From NCBI GenBank assembly GCA_903910445.1, contig CAIVZR010000046.1, positions 55,224-119,223 on the forward strand: DNA of 64,000 nucleotides, read 5' to 3'. Origin of the DNA: an uncultured Bacteroidota bacterium. GTDB lineage: Bacteria > Bacteroidota > Bacteroidia > UKL13-3. The position numbers and the translations under genes are program-made. The notes under the pieces are model-generated. The model was not told the origin of the DNA. It saw nothing but the letters and a program-made list of their open reading frames with translations, and made no database searches. Shown here in pieces: positions 31,176 to 41,371 of the stretch (positions within the stretch are counted from its first letter, which is position 1; each line of letters starts with the position of its first letter).

Positions 31176-32449
31176 TTGTTTCAATTACATACGAGCAACT
31201 CCAACAGCTGCAAGATCTGCTTCCATTTTGGAGCAGTCGGTACGATTATGCATGCATCTTAAAATCCAATCAATGCGAGTCGGCATGCCATTACGACACC
31301 TATGAATTTATTGCTGGATTTGCCAATCATGGAACGAAGGAATACACCAGCACAGAGAATATTGACCAAAATGAATATTGGAAATTGGGGTATATCACCT
31401 ATGAATACAAACATAATTTGCATGGCATTGATATTCTGAAAGGCTCGCCCACAGGCTTTTCTGGATGCTTCTTCTTTGAACCTCAGATTTTATTTTATGT
31501 AAAGCGCGATAGCCTTGAATTAGAAATCATTGGAGGCAATGCATCTATTTTGAATGAAATTCTAGCGTTTAATATCCCCAATGAAACACCATCAATAAAA
31601 GCGTTACAACCTCGTATTTCGAAAGAGCATTATATCCAGAATATTGAAAAAATTAAAGAGAAAATTGTAGCTGGTGATTTTTATGAGATCAACTTTTGTA
31701 TGGACTTCTTCTCCCTTGACTCGCAAATATCACCTCCGCATGTGTTTCAGCGCCTCAATCAAATATCACCCACACCCTTTGCAGCATTTATAAAACACGA
31801 TACAAAATATTTATTGAGTGCAAGCCCTGAAAGATTTTTAAAACGCACCGCTCAACAAATAATAGCACAACCCATAAAAGGCACCATCAGAAGAAGCGCC
31901 GACCCAATTGAGGATGAACACTTGAAAACCCGATTACTTCAAAGCGAAAAAGAGCGCGCAGAGAATATTATGATTGTTGATTTGATGCGAAACGACTTGG
32001 CAAGATGCTCGGAAACAGGCTCTGTTAAAGCAGAAGAGCTCCTTGGCTTATATACTTTTGCAACCGTACACCAATTAATTTCAACAGTAAGTGCCACCTT
32101 GGTTCAGGATATTTCATTTGACGAAATACTGAAAAACACTTTTCCAATGGGAAGTATGACAGGGGCTCCAAAACGAGAAGTGATGCATATGATTGATGAA
32201 CTAGAACAATCGGCGAGAGGAATATTTAGTGGTAGTGTAGGTTATATTGCTCCCAATAAAGACTTCGATTTCAATGTGGTCATCAGAAGTATCGTTTACA
32301 ATGAGCTATTGAAATATATGTCATTGCACGTAGGCAGTGCCATCACCTATGATGCAGACGCAGAACAAGAGTATCATGAATGCTTATTGAAATCGCGAAC
32401 CATGCGAAAAGCACTTCAATGTGATATCGATTTTGAAAATTTAAATTAG
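31172..32449 (+). CDS. pabB: Aminodeoxychorismate/anthranilate synthase component I family (PabB-like)
   Basis: ASPERF, PIKGT, KERAENIMIVDLMRND, FPMGSMTGAPK, NVVIRS. Confidence 0.8.
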   Translation: MIVSITYEQLQQLQDLLPFWSSRYDYACILKSNQCESACHYDTYEFIAGFANHGTKEYTSTENIDQNEYWKLGYITYEYKHNLHGIDILKGSPTGFSGCFFFEPQILFYVKRDSLELEIIGGNASILNEILAFNIPNETPSIKALQPRISKEHYIQNIEKIKEKIVAGDFYEINFCMDFFSLDSQISPPHVFQRLNQISPTPFAAFIKHDTKYLLSASPERFLKRTAQQIIAQPIKGTIRRSADPIEDEHLKTRLLQSEKERAENIMIVDLMRNDLARCSETGSVKAEELLGLYTFATVHQLISTVSATLVQDISFDEILKNTFPMGSMTGAPKREVMHMIDELEQSARGIFSGSVGYIAPNKDFDFNVVIRSIVYNELLKYMSLHVGSAITYDADAEQEYHECLLKSRTMRKALQCDIDFENLN

Positions 32450-33483
32450 AATGCTTTATAGCCTTGTTTTTCGAGGCTAAGCTTCGTGCCACTTTTTGTG
32501 AAGCTATACATTCCTTCGATAGCAGGAGCACAATAGCCTATCACATGAACATCCTTTATACCTTTTATTTTTTCGAAATCGGCTTGCTTGATGGTGAATA
32601 ATAATTCATAATCTTCGCCCCCACTAAATGCAACCGTTGGAGGATTTAGGTTTAATTCGATGGCAGTATCAAATGTTTGCTGATCGATAGGAAGTTTTTC
32701 CTCATAAATCACCACACCTATTCCCGATTTCTCTGCAATATGAAATAACTCTGAGGCAAGACCATCACTAATATCAATCATGCTGGTAGGTTTGATGCCT
32801 GCAATATTTAAAGCAGCCAATTCTTTATTAGCACATTCAGGTTTTAGCTGACGACCTACAATGAAATCATAATTCTGAATATCGGGCTGAACATTAGGAT
32901 TTTCGAGGAAAATTCGCTTCTCTCTTTCTAGAATTTGCAATCCCATATAAGCGGCTCCTAGGTCGCCGGTAACACAGATCAAATCGTTTTCTTGGGCTCC
33001 ATTACGATAAATAATGTCTTCTGTCTTGGCTGTACCAATAGCAGTAACGCTAATCATTAAGCCTTGTTTATTATTGCTTGTATCGCCACCAACTAAATCC
33101 ACTCCATATTTATCACAGGCTAAATAAATTCCTTCATACAATTCTTCCATTGCTTCCACACTGAAACGATTACTCATGGCAACACTTACTGTAATTTGCT
33201 CAGGAGTAGCATTCATGGCATATACATCGCTTAAGCTCGCTACAACCGATTTATAACCCAAATGCTTTAAGGGAGTATAGCTCAAATCGAAATGAACACC
33301 TTCTACAAGCATGTCGGTAGTAACTACCTTACTCATTCCAGCACCAGCATCAATTACGGCACAATCGTCGCCCACTCCCATCAATGAAGATTCTTTCTTT
33401 AATTGATTTCCTTCGGTGAGTCGTTTTATCAAACCAAATTCTCCGAGCTCACTGATTTCAGTACGTGAATTATTTTCAAACAT
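32446..33483 (-). CDS. thiL: Thiamine-monophosphate kinase
   Basis: LGEFGLI, GDDCAV, EGVHF, SDVYAM, GGDT, DISDGL, GGEDYEL. Confidence 0.93.
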   Translation of the reverse strand: MFENNSRTEISELGEFGLIKRLTEGNQLKKESSLMGVGDDCAVIDAGAGMSKVVTTDMLVEGVHFDLSYTPLKHLGYKSVVASLSDVYAMNATPEQITVSVAMSNRFSVEAMEELYEGIYLACDKYGVDLVGGDTSNNKQGLMISVTAIGTAKTEDIIYRNGAQENDLICVTGDLGAAYMGLQILEREKRIFLENPNVQPDIQNYDFIVGRQLKPECANKELAALNIAGIKPTSMIDISDGLASELFHIAEKSGIGVVIYEEKLPIDQQTFDTAIELNLNPPTVAFSGGEDYELLFTIKQADFEKIKGIKDVHVIGYCAPAIEGMYSFTKSGTKLSLEKQGYKAF

Positions 33484-33557
33484 GGCGCAAAAATACTGAA
33501 ACAAGAAGGAAGATGCGAATGGAATATTAAAACTTGCAAGAACTGTGTTCTGACAGG

Positions 33558-34928
33558 CTATTCGTATGGAAGAGAATTATATTTTATTGTTTTATAATAC
33601 ACGGTATCACTACTCAAAATCAAAATTTGAATATCGCCCTGATAGTATCCCGAGATCCAAAGATTATTCTGTTTGCCTTTTTGATAAAGAAACCCTCTTA
33701 GATGCAGCGGTTCGATAATCACATTTGAGTAAGATAAGTCCATCGTTTTATTTACTCGATAATTCGGAACAATGCTCAAATCCCTTTTCAACTTCCCTAA
33801 CGGAATCCATTGACCATATAGTGCAATAAATGCACTTTGAAATTCACGTTTCCAAAACCACTCATTATGCGCTCCATCGGCGACAACTGAGTCGGAAATA
33901 TCGCCTTTATAAAATCCATGATGGAACAAGGTATCACGCATTCGAAGCATATTGACACCCGTTTCCGAATCACCTCCTTCAATCGCTGCACATCGCATCA
34001 CCAGGCGCATGAGTCGGGGTGGATTGCTTTCTGGAATCATTAGATAACTGCTATCAGAAACCCAGTATGCGGGAGAGAGTAAGAGTACCTTTCCAAATTT
34101 ATCTGGATATTTAAATGCAATGTATTGTGAAATATTGGCGCCAAGGCTACTCCCTCCTATCCCATTAAAAAGTGGAGATGCTAAGGTTCTGAAAGCACTG
34201 TCAATTGAAGGTTTCAGCGTCATCGCTACAAATTCGGCATAAGCTTTTCCTTGACTCTCACCAAACCTTTTGGTATTAAACGGAATATACTCCTTCGATC
34301 TTAAAGCTCCCCCATGATCGATGGCGACAACGATGCATCCATACCCACCCTGCTTTTGCATTGCGTTCATCGTTTCATCAACGCCCCATTCGTTGCCATT
34401 GGCAGCGGTAGTTTGGTCGAAAATATTCTGACCATCTTGCAAATAAAGTACAGGATAACGCTTCTTACTTTTCGAATAATCTAAAGGCAATAAAATCCGA
34501 ATGGTTCGATTTCGCTGGAGTTGAGGCATATAGAAATCCTTCCACTCGAGTACATTTTTTTGCGCTGTTGATTTAAGTTGTAGTTGCATTCCTTTCGACC
34601 ACTTCTCAATGCTTAACCAAATCGTATCATTTAAATTAGTTGGTTGAAAAACACGATTGGCCTTTTGCGAACCATCTGCATTCACTTCACACTGGACCCA
34701 GCTTCCTTGGGTAAACTTAAATTCAAAGGCGGCTTTCTGATTTATTTTAAGATAATAAATACCCTTCGATTTTATCATTTGGCATTCTATCATTGAAGGA
34801 TTCCATTGATTAAATGAACCCGCAACAAAAATTTCCTTAGTTCCTTTGGGGTATTTATTTACGATGATTGTTATTTCGGCATTGGCATTTACAACGGAAA
34901 ACAGTAGCAGCAATAATAAATATTTCAT
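33558..34928 (-). CDS. Secreted alpha/beta-hydrolase (putative esterase) with N-terminal CBM20/48-like domain
   Basis: Signal peptide, 'VAGSFNQWNP...EFKFTQGSW', YPVLYLQDGQN, GSSLG nucleophile elbow, HNEWFW. Confidence 0.8.
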   Translation of the reverse strand: MKYLLLLLLFSVVNANAEITIIVNKYPKGTKEIFVAGSFNQWNPSMIECQMIKSKGIYYLKINQKAAFEFKFTQGSWVQCEVNADGSQKANRVFQPTNLNDTIWLSIEKWSKGMQLQLKSTAQKNVLEWKDFYMPQLQRNRTIRILLPLDYSKSKKRYPVLYLQDGQNIFDQTTAANGNEWGVDETMNAMQKQGGYGCIVVAIDHGGALRSKEYIPFNTKRFGESQGKAYAEFVAMTLKPSIDSAFRTLASPLFNGIGGSSLGANISQYIAFKYPDKFGKVLLLSPAYWVSDSSYLMIPESNPPRLMRLVMRCAAIEGGDSETGVNMLRMRDTLFHHGFYKGDISDSVVADGAHNEWFWKREFQSAFIALYGQWIPLGKLKRDLSIVPNYRVNKTMDLSYSNVIIEPLHLRGFLYQKGKQNNLWISGYYQGDIQILILSSDTVYYKTIKYNSLPYE

Positions 34929-34969
34929 GGAAAATTGTGCTTGAAGAACTGAGTGCTACTATATGATTT

Positions 34970-35680
34970 TTAGTAAGAAGACGTTTTTTGAGGGGCTCCT
35001 CCATTTTGAATTTTCTCCATGGCCATATTATAAACCAATTCAAATTGTTCGTCCCGAGTTAGTTCAGAGTTGTCAATTTCAATGGCATCCGCTGCTTTCA
35101 TCAGTGGACTGTCAATTCGCGATGTATCAATCAAATCGCGGGTTTTCAAATTGGCTGCCACGTCGTCGTAATTGCCCAATTGCCCTTTCGATTGCATCTC
35201 ATCGAGTCGGCGCTGAATTCGCACCTCATCATTCGCAGTCATGAATATTTTCAATTCAGCATCTGGAAATACAACAGTGCCAATATCTCTACCATCCATA
35301 ACCAATGCTCGGTGGTCGCCCATGAGCTGTTGCTGCTTCACCAAAAACTTACGCACCGCACTAATTGCGCTAACGGGGCTCACAAAATTCGCAACACGTA
35401 AAGTTCTAATGGCCACCTCCCGATCTTCCCCATTTAGAAAAGTATCTGTTTGGTTATTGCTTGGATTTACATGAAATGAGATATTTATATTTTCGAGGGC
35501 TGATGCCACCTCTTGAGCATTTTCGATCTCAATATTATTCTCTAAGAAGTAGAGTGTAACAGCCCTGTACATAGCGCCTGTATCGATATATCGATAATTG
35601 AGACTGGCCGCCAATGCTTTCGCTAAGGTGCTTTTACCGCATCCAGAATAACCGTCGATTGCAATGATTATTGATTTCAC
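34970..35680 (-). CDS. cmk: Cytidylate kinase
   Basis: IAIDGYSGCGKST, DTGAMYRA, DGRDIGTVVFPDA; probable GTG start. Confidence 0.95.
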   Translation of the reverse strand: MKSIIIAIDGYSGCGKSTLAKALAASLNYRYIDTGAMYRAVTLYFLENNIEIENAQEVASALENINISFHVNPSNNQTDTFLNGEDREVAIRTLRVANFVSPVSAISAVRKFLVKQQQLMGDHRALVMDGRDIGTVVFPDAELKIFMTANDEVRIQRRLDEMQSKGQLGNYDDVAANLKTRDLIDTSRIDSPLMKAADAIEIDNSELTRDEQFELVYNMAMEKIQNGGAPQKTSSY

Positions 35681-35734
35681 CTTTGGGTACGAAGATAAAA
35701 CAAATTGGAATTGTGACAACAAGAAAATACGGTA

Positions 35735-37216
35735 TTAGAATTTCAAATAGATGAAATTCTGTGCTTCCGAATTATAAAACTGAATCACAAACAATATAAC
35801 TAAGAAAACAACAATCACTTTGAGCAGAAAATGCAATGAATCAAACCCCTTGATTAGATGTTGCTTCCAGGTTGGTGGCGTGAACTGCAAAAAGAGTGCA
35901 ATAAAAAATATCACAAATACGCCCCAGTATATTGATATCCACTGACCAAACAAACTAAAATTGGTTTGTGTGAAAATCATCCGATACATATCACCTGCAT
36001 AAAATAAATCGGGAGCATCGAAAATCACAATGGTAAAAACAACAAAATGAAACGTCAGAAAAACACTTATGAAACGATACCCATTCGGTGACAATTTCGA
36101 TTTCCATCCACGCCTTAAATCTTGAGATGCTACATCCCACCCAATAGCCAATCCATGCATGGCACCCCATAAAATATAAGTTAAACGTGGGCCATGCCAT
36201 ATTCCTGAAATTGTAAAAGTGAGAATACTTGCACAAACCACGCCCACCTTTTTAAATTTACGTAACGAATAATTCAAGGGAGTGAATACATATTCGCTCA
36301 ACCAAGTGGAGAGTGTGATGTGCCATCTCCTCCATAAATCGGTAATATTTTGTGCCATGAAGGGACGATTGAAATTATTGGCAATATCAAAACCAAGTAG
36401 CAATGATATTCCCATCATCATATCGGTATAGCCCGAAAAATCGTAGTAAAATTGTACCGCCCCCATATAAACGGCAATCAAATTCTCCAATCCAGTAAAC
36501 AAGGTAGGCGTGTTAAATACCCGTTCAACAAAATTATTCCAAAGGAAATCGGCAACTAAATATTTCTTAAGCACCCCAAGCATCAACAAAAAGAATGCAC
36601 GACTCATTCTTTCTCTTGTAAATACCGATTTGAGCTTTAATGCAGGAAGCAAATCACGAGCCCTAACGATGGGACCCGCAATGATATTGGGAAAGAACGA
36701 AACATATAACAGATAATCGAAATAGTTTTTCTCTGGCTCTTCAATCATTTCGTTATAGCAATCGAAGATATACGACAAGCTTTTAAACACGTAAAAAGAA
36801 ATACCAATAGGCATTAAGAGAGAGAGTACGGGGGCCTGAAGCTGGGTGCCAAAAGCAGTATTGAACAAGCTTGTGAAGAAAACGGTGTACTTGAAATACA
36901 GTAAACTCCCAATATTCAATGTCAACGAAAAGAGTAGCAAACTAAATTTCCTATTCTCTTTGGCAGTTGCCAGTATGGCTTTGCCTATAATAAAATCGGA
37001 GGCTGCAATCACACACATCAAAATGATATAGAGCCCACTCAATTTATAATAAAAGAACAAGCTAAATATTAAGAGTGCGATATTTCGAGCAGTAACTTTA
37101 CCTGAAATAAGAATATAAATCAAATAAAACGCAGTGAAGAATCCGATGAATAAAACCGAATTGAAAACCATGATATGGCTGGATGAGTATTTTAATATTT
37201 CGAGGATGCGATTCAT
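35735..37216 (-). CDS. MBOAT O-acyltransferase (AlgI/PatA/DltB family)
   Basis: MVFNS, PIGISFY, FFPNIIAGPI, DFSGYTD, NFNRPF, WRRWHITLS, GIWHG; C-terminus FIYLKF. Confidence 0.92.
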   Translation of the reverse strand: MNRILEILKYSSSHIMVFNSVLFIGFFTAFYLIYILISGKVTARNIALLIFSLFFYYKLSGLYIILMCVIAASDFIIGKAILATAKENRKFSLLLFSLTLNIGSLLYFKYTVFFTSLFNTAFGTQLQAPVLSLLMPIGISFYVFKSLSYIFDCYNEMIEEPEKNYFDYLLYVSFFPNIIAGPIVRARDLLPALKLKSVFTRERMSRAFFLLMLGVLKKYLVADFLWNNFVERVFNTPTLFTGLENLIAVYMGAVQFYYDFSGYTDMMMGISLLLGFDIANNFNRPFMAQNITDLWRRWHITLSTWLSEYVFTPLNYSLRKFKKVGVVCASILTFTISGIWHGPRLTYILWGAMHGLAIGWDVASQDLRRGWKSKLSPNGYRFISVFLTFHFVVFTIVIFDAPDLFYAGDMYRMIFTQTNFSLFGQWISIYWGVFVIFFIALFLQFTPPTWKQHLIKGFDSLHFLLKVIVVFLVILFVIQFYNSEAQNFIYLKF

Positions 37217-37248
37217 TGAGAATTCGGAATGCTTAATATTTACAGCGT

Positions 37249-38997
37249 TTACTTTTTAATGATGAGAATTTTTCCAGGCACAATATTATTGTTCTTCATG
37301 TTGTTCCAGGTTCTGATTTGTGTCATGGTGACACCGTATTTTGTGGCAATTCCCCACATCGTATCACCATATTTTACTTTGTATTTTATGATGCCGGGTG
37401 CCGTCTTTGTAGTAGCCGCCTTCTTATTCACTGGAGCGGGCTTGGGCTTATTTACATAGAGTACGAGTAGCTGTCCAATCTTCAAATAGTTACTGTTTAA
37501 ATCATTCCAGTCTTTAATATCAAATACTGTCACATTGTATTTTTTTGCAATCGATGATACCGACTCGCCCGATTTCACTTTGTAATATAATTTCAATTTG
37601 GAGGTGTCGTTCTCAATCGAATATGTCTCCACCAGAATAGAATCTTTTAATGAAAAAATCGAATCGGGTAAGTTGGAAATCATGTCTTTCTCAGTATCAA
37701 TATTGGTGTTATTCGAACCAAGATATCTAAGATAGGAATTGAGAATCCCATTGACGATTAAGGACCCTTTCACATAATAACCTGCAGCACTTAAATGTAC
37801 AAAGTCGCGATTGGCTAAGCCGTACTTACGCCATTGATACATGGAGTATTGCCCTCCAGCCACCTTGAAATAATTATAGTAGGCGCAGTTCCTATCACCC
37901 GACACCTTCTTTATAATTTGAGCATGATTCTGCGTGCCTATAACATTCATCCCTCTTCTGTATATATCTTGAGAGCAAGATAGGATGATGGATGTTTCGG
38001 GGCAGGCTTCTTTGATATTATCGACGATACGAACCAGGTTATTTTCAAAATCATTCCAGTCCAAACCTCCCAGATAATAATCGTTAGCACCCATATCAAC
38101 AATTACTAAATCGGGTTGATAATCGCGCAACTGCTGTTCAAATAAATTTTCATGTAATAGATGATTAAATCCCGCGCCGTTGATTCCAACACTACTGTAT
38201 TCAACGCCTTTATTTTCGTCTGTTTCAAACTCCACACCATAACATTCAAAGCCCGTTTGTAATGAATCGGATGCAAACATCGAAATCTCGAAATTTTCTG
38301 AAGCAGCAGGAATGATACAACTCACATACGAGCAAGAAGAATCACTATTTGTTTTAACAAAGATTTCATCATCTAATAAATTGTATTTGATTTTCATATC
38401 AAAGGATTGTATTCCTTTTTTACACCAAATTTTCACTTTGCGAAATGATGGCCGCAATGTTTCATATTGAAATGTAAATCGCAAGGTAGCATTGGGATCG
38501 GAAGTCCAAACGGTGGCGCCAGTGAGGCCCATATCATGCATTTCATTGTTTTGGATATTGCGAATCCCACTCCATGCTCCAGTATAATACGAGCGATAAT
38601 CGTAGGCCGAATGCGTACCCGCCGCAGCATAAGGGAAAATAAATCCTCGCCCACCGGCTCCAAAAATATCCTGCATGTGTTCCCGAATGTATCCAGTAAA
38701 GATATCTGCTTGAACATGGGAGTCGCCAATATGCAATACCCTTACCTTTTTATGATTGGAATTTTTAAGTGCTTCATAAAAATGGGAGACGGATTGAACA
38801 TTGGTCCATTCAACAAAATTATTCTTGTATTTGATGAAAGGGTAGTAACGATCATAATGAATTTTACCACTGATATATAATGAGTCGGCAGGATTTGAAT
38901 CTTCAATAAAATGGGGTGAAGAAAATGAGAAAGTCAATGACAACAGAAGTGTCACCATCCCAATAATACTATATTTCAGGAGGTTACTTCTTTGCAT
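37249..38997 (-). CDS. SGNH/GDSL acyltransferase/esterase with two C-terminal LysM domains (PatB/Ape-like)
   Basis: HIGDSH, GINGAG, GAND, DFVH; LysM 'YKVKSGESVSSIAKKY' and 'YKVKYGDTMWGIATKY'. Confidence 0.85.
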   Translation of the reverse strand: MQRSNLLKYSIIGMVTLLLSLTFSFSSPHFIEDSNPADSLYISGKIHYDRYYPFIKYKNNFVEWTNVQSVSHFYEALKNSNHKKVRVLHIGDSHVQADIFTGYIREHMQDIFGAGGRGFIFPYAAAGTHSAYDYRSYYTGAWSGIRNIQNNEMHDMGLTGATVWTSDPNATLRFTFQYETLRPSFRKVKIWCKKGIQSFDMKIKYNLLDDEIFVKTNSDSSCSYVSCIIPAASENFEISMFASDSLQTGFECYGVEFETDENKGVEYSSVGINGAGFNHLLHENLFEQQLRDYQPDLVIVDMGANDYYLGGLDWNDFENNLVRIVDNIKEACPETSIILSCSQDIYRRGMNVIGTQNHAQIIKKVSGDRNCAYYNYFKVAGGQYSMYQWRKYGLANRDFVHLSAAGYYVKGSLIVNGILNSYLRYLGSNNTNIDTEKDMISNLPDSIFSLKDSILVETYSIENDTSKLKLYYKVKSGESVSSIAKKYNVTVFDIKDWNDLNSNYLKIGQLLVLYVNKPKPAPVNKKAATTKTAPGIIKYKVKYGDTMWGIATKYGVTMTQIRTWNNMKNNNIVPGKILIIKK

Positions 38998-40456
38998 AAA
39001 AATTTCTAATTACAAAATTATTATACTCCACCATGATGGCCTTGAAAATAAGATTGGCCATGATCTTTTGCCCTTTTGGAGTTAGATGACCTTCGAGCGT
39101 AGCGAGTCCTTTCTCATTCCATATAAGAATTGAATTCTCTCCTCCCATATTATCAAGCAAATTCCAAAACCCGCAATTGGCTTGTATTGCAGCTGCCTTC
39201 AAGGCATCATTCAAACCACGCACATATTTATATGATTGCGCTACGCCCCCACTTTTATAGGCCATATCACCATTGCCAATAACGAGTATGCTTGCCTCGG
39301 GTGCAGCTTCCTTATACTTCATAAACAAGCGGTAAAACAACTCCTGTGTTTTAGCGCATTGCTCATCCGATTTGATATATGGAACCATATTATTTCCATA
39401 CTCAAATATTACCAAGTGTGTATTTGAGCTCGATAAGCATTTGCTTAAGTATTGTTGGTTGATGAGCATGAGTCCATCGCCAGAGTGCCCGCGAATGGCA
39501 TAATTATCAACGGTTACACCATGATCGCTATCTAGCTGCAAGCCAAATAAATCGACCATACCAATGGAGGTAAACTCCAGTCGGAAGGAACTCGAAATGG
39601 ACGCCAATTCCAAGGTGGTGATGCCACTGGCATTGGTTGCTTCAATATCTTTAACACATAGCAGTTCGTTATCCGACTGACGGAAAACTTTTACTGTAAA
39701 GCCTTTCGGCGACCTGCCATATAACAAAGTCATGCGCTGATAACTTACCCCGTGATTTAAAGTGAATGACACTGATGCCTTGATCGAATCGGTATTGGCG
39801 GAGTCAGCGATTCCAAACTGAAATGTGTTTCCACTCAAACCGTAATCAGCACCTTTCTTAAATCGATTATTAAATACATTATATCGTGTAAGAGATCCAT
39901 TCGTTTCGCGGGTGTAGGAGGCACAGCTTGTTACATCGTCGAAAGGCAGGTAGCCAATACCTGAACCACCAAACTTCGCTTGTAAGTTACGACGTATTTC
40001 ACATGTAATTCGGTCGCCCTCCAATTGTGAGTCGCCATAATGTGCGATGCGAATGAGTTTCGAATCACGTTCTTCGATTAACGATTTGAAAAAATTATCG
40101 AGTGCCAACACCCCTTCTTTAGAAGGGTTAAGGATACTATTGAAATTGGTATCTAGAGACAGCTCTGAAGTATTGGGTAAGAAGGCCGAATCAAGCAATG
40201 CCGTTTTGCTTAAGGCATAAATCACTAGGGTATCGCTCTTAATGAGGTGTTCGGTAATGCTATCCACTTTTACCGAGGCTACCGATCCTGTGATTGTATC
40301 ATTTGCAAACAAATCTCCAAGGCTATAAAAATGAAAATCGATGGCATGCTCATCGTTGCCCCAAAGTCGGATTTTAGGGTTCCATACTGCCATTGCAATA
40401 AATGCAGTTTCTAATAGCAATAGAATCACTATTGCCTGAATAGCATATTTTCTCAA
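38984..40456 (-). CDS. Membrane-anchored SGNH/GDSL protein (PatB/AlgJ-like)
   Basis: N-terminal hydrophobic anchor; HYGDSQLEGD, AIRGHSG, YGNN, LEGH; TTG start overlaps the ACP stop. Confidence 0.8.
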   Translation of the reverse strand: MRKYAIQAIVILLLLETAFIAMAVWNPKIRLWGNDEHAIDFHFYSLGDLFANDTITGSVASVKVDSITEHLIKSDTLVIYALSKTALLDSAFLPNTSELSLDTNFNSILNPSKEGVLALDNFFKSLIEERDSKLIRIAHYGDSQLEGDRITCEIRRNLQAKFGGSGIGYLPFDDVTSCASYTRETNGSLTRYNVFNNRFKKGADYGLSGNTFQFGIADSANTDSIKASVSFTLNHGVSYQRMTLLYGRSPKGFTVKVFRQSDNELLCVKDIEATNASGITTLELASISSSFRLEFTSIGMVDLFGLQLDSDHGVTVDNYAIRGHSGDGLMLINQQYLSKCLSSSNTHLVIFEYGNNMVPYIKSDEQCAKTQELFYRLFMKYKEAAPEASILVIGNGDMAYKSGGVAQSYKYVRGLNDALKAAAIQANCGFWNLLDNMGGENSILIWNEKGLATLEGHLTPKGQKIMANLIFKAIMVEYNNFVIRNFYAKK

Positions 40457-40695
40457 GATACTTTTGTTGCAATCGTTTTAAGTAAATCGCCCACATTTTT
40501 CATAGCAATCAATTCCTTCAACTTAATTTTTATTCCAAACGCTTCTTCAATGGATGAAATCATCACCAAATGATTTAATGAATCCCATTTCTCCACATCC
40601 TTGGCACTCATGGCATCCTGTATTTGTAAGTTCGGGTCTTTAAATACTTCTTGAAAAACTGAATTTGCTTTTTCTCTAATTTCTTCGGGTCTCAT
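40453..40695 (-). CDS. Stand-alone acyl/aminoacyl carrier protein
   Basis: 80 aa; 'WDSLNH...IEEAFGI' phosphopantetheine attachment Ser motif. Confidence 0.88.
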   Translation of the reverse strand: MRPEEIREKANSVFQEVFKDPNLQIQDAMSAKDVEKWDSLNHLVMISSIEEAFGIKIKLKELIAMKNVGDLLKTIATKVS

Positions 40696-40719
40696 ATCTG
40701 TATTAAATTAATTTCTTTT

Positions 40720-41364
40720 TTAAAATTGTATCTCCATCAGTATCTTATGCTGTGTGGGAAGGTATTTTAGAATTTCGGCATTCGGCTGAAATTTTTCCAA
40801 CACCACCTTAAATCCTGCTTTTTCGTATGCCCTTAACGCAGAATCATTATCCTTTGCAAGTATTATTTGCGCCTTCGATACTTCTGGGTTCCTTCCATTC
40901 TGATTTAATAAATGGGCATCAATTAAGGCCTTGACAATACCCATACCTCTAAATTTTTCGGATACATAAATAGATTCCAGTTGAAGGCTCCCTTCTTCTC
41001 TGATAATAGTTAAAGGCTCCATTAAATGTGCCTTACTTAGCACCTTTCCAAAATGCTCTTTCCCAAATCCAAACATCAATACATTCGATTTAAGAATGTT
41101 GCTTGGACCTTCTGCTCCTTCTATCCAGCCGCAAATAGCACCTGCCGGAATGCCACCTACATATGCTATTAAAAAATCACTTACACATAACTCCTGTCCC
41201 ACAATATCTTCTGATAAAATTTCTGTTAGAACCTCCTTCACCTTGTTTTCATTCACCTCAAAAAGAGTTGCATAACTAAATACCGAGGTGCCACTTTTCT
41301 CAGCAGCAACAATAGTTTCCACTAAAAACGGAATATCATTTTCTGTAGCTTTCTTTATTTCCAT
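40720..41364 (-). CDS. GNAT family N-acetyltransferase
   Basis: IKKATENDIP, 'IYVSEKFRGMGI' acetyl-CoA motif, 'NDSALRAYEKAGF'. Confidence 0.85.
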   Translation of the reverse strand: MEIKKATENDIPFLVETIVAAEKSGTSVFSYATLFEVNENKVKEVLTEILSEDIVGQELCVSDFLIAYVGGIPAGAICGWIEGAEGPSNILKSNVLMFGFGKEHFGKVLSKAHLMEPLTIIREEGSLQLESIYVSEKFRGMGIVKALIDAHLLNQNGRNPEVSKAQIILAKDNDSALRAYEKAGFKVVLEKFQPNAEILKYLPTQHKILMEIQF

Positions 41365-41371
41365 TGCTTCG

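Noticed and set aside
33558-34928. CBM-esterase downstream of cmk as the deacylase of the acylation operon
   Set aside because: It is separated by housekeeping cmk and belongs to a common Bacteroidota family with a starch-binding-like module; there is no specific evidence of linkage.
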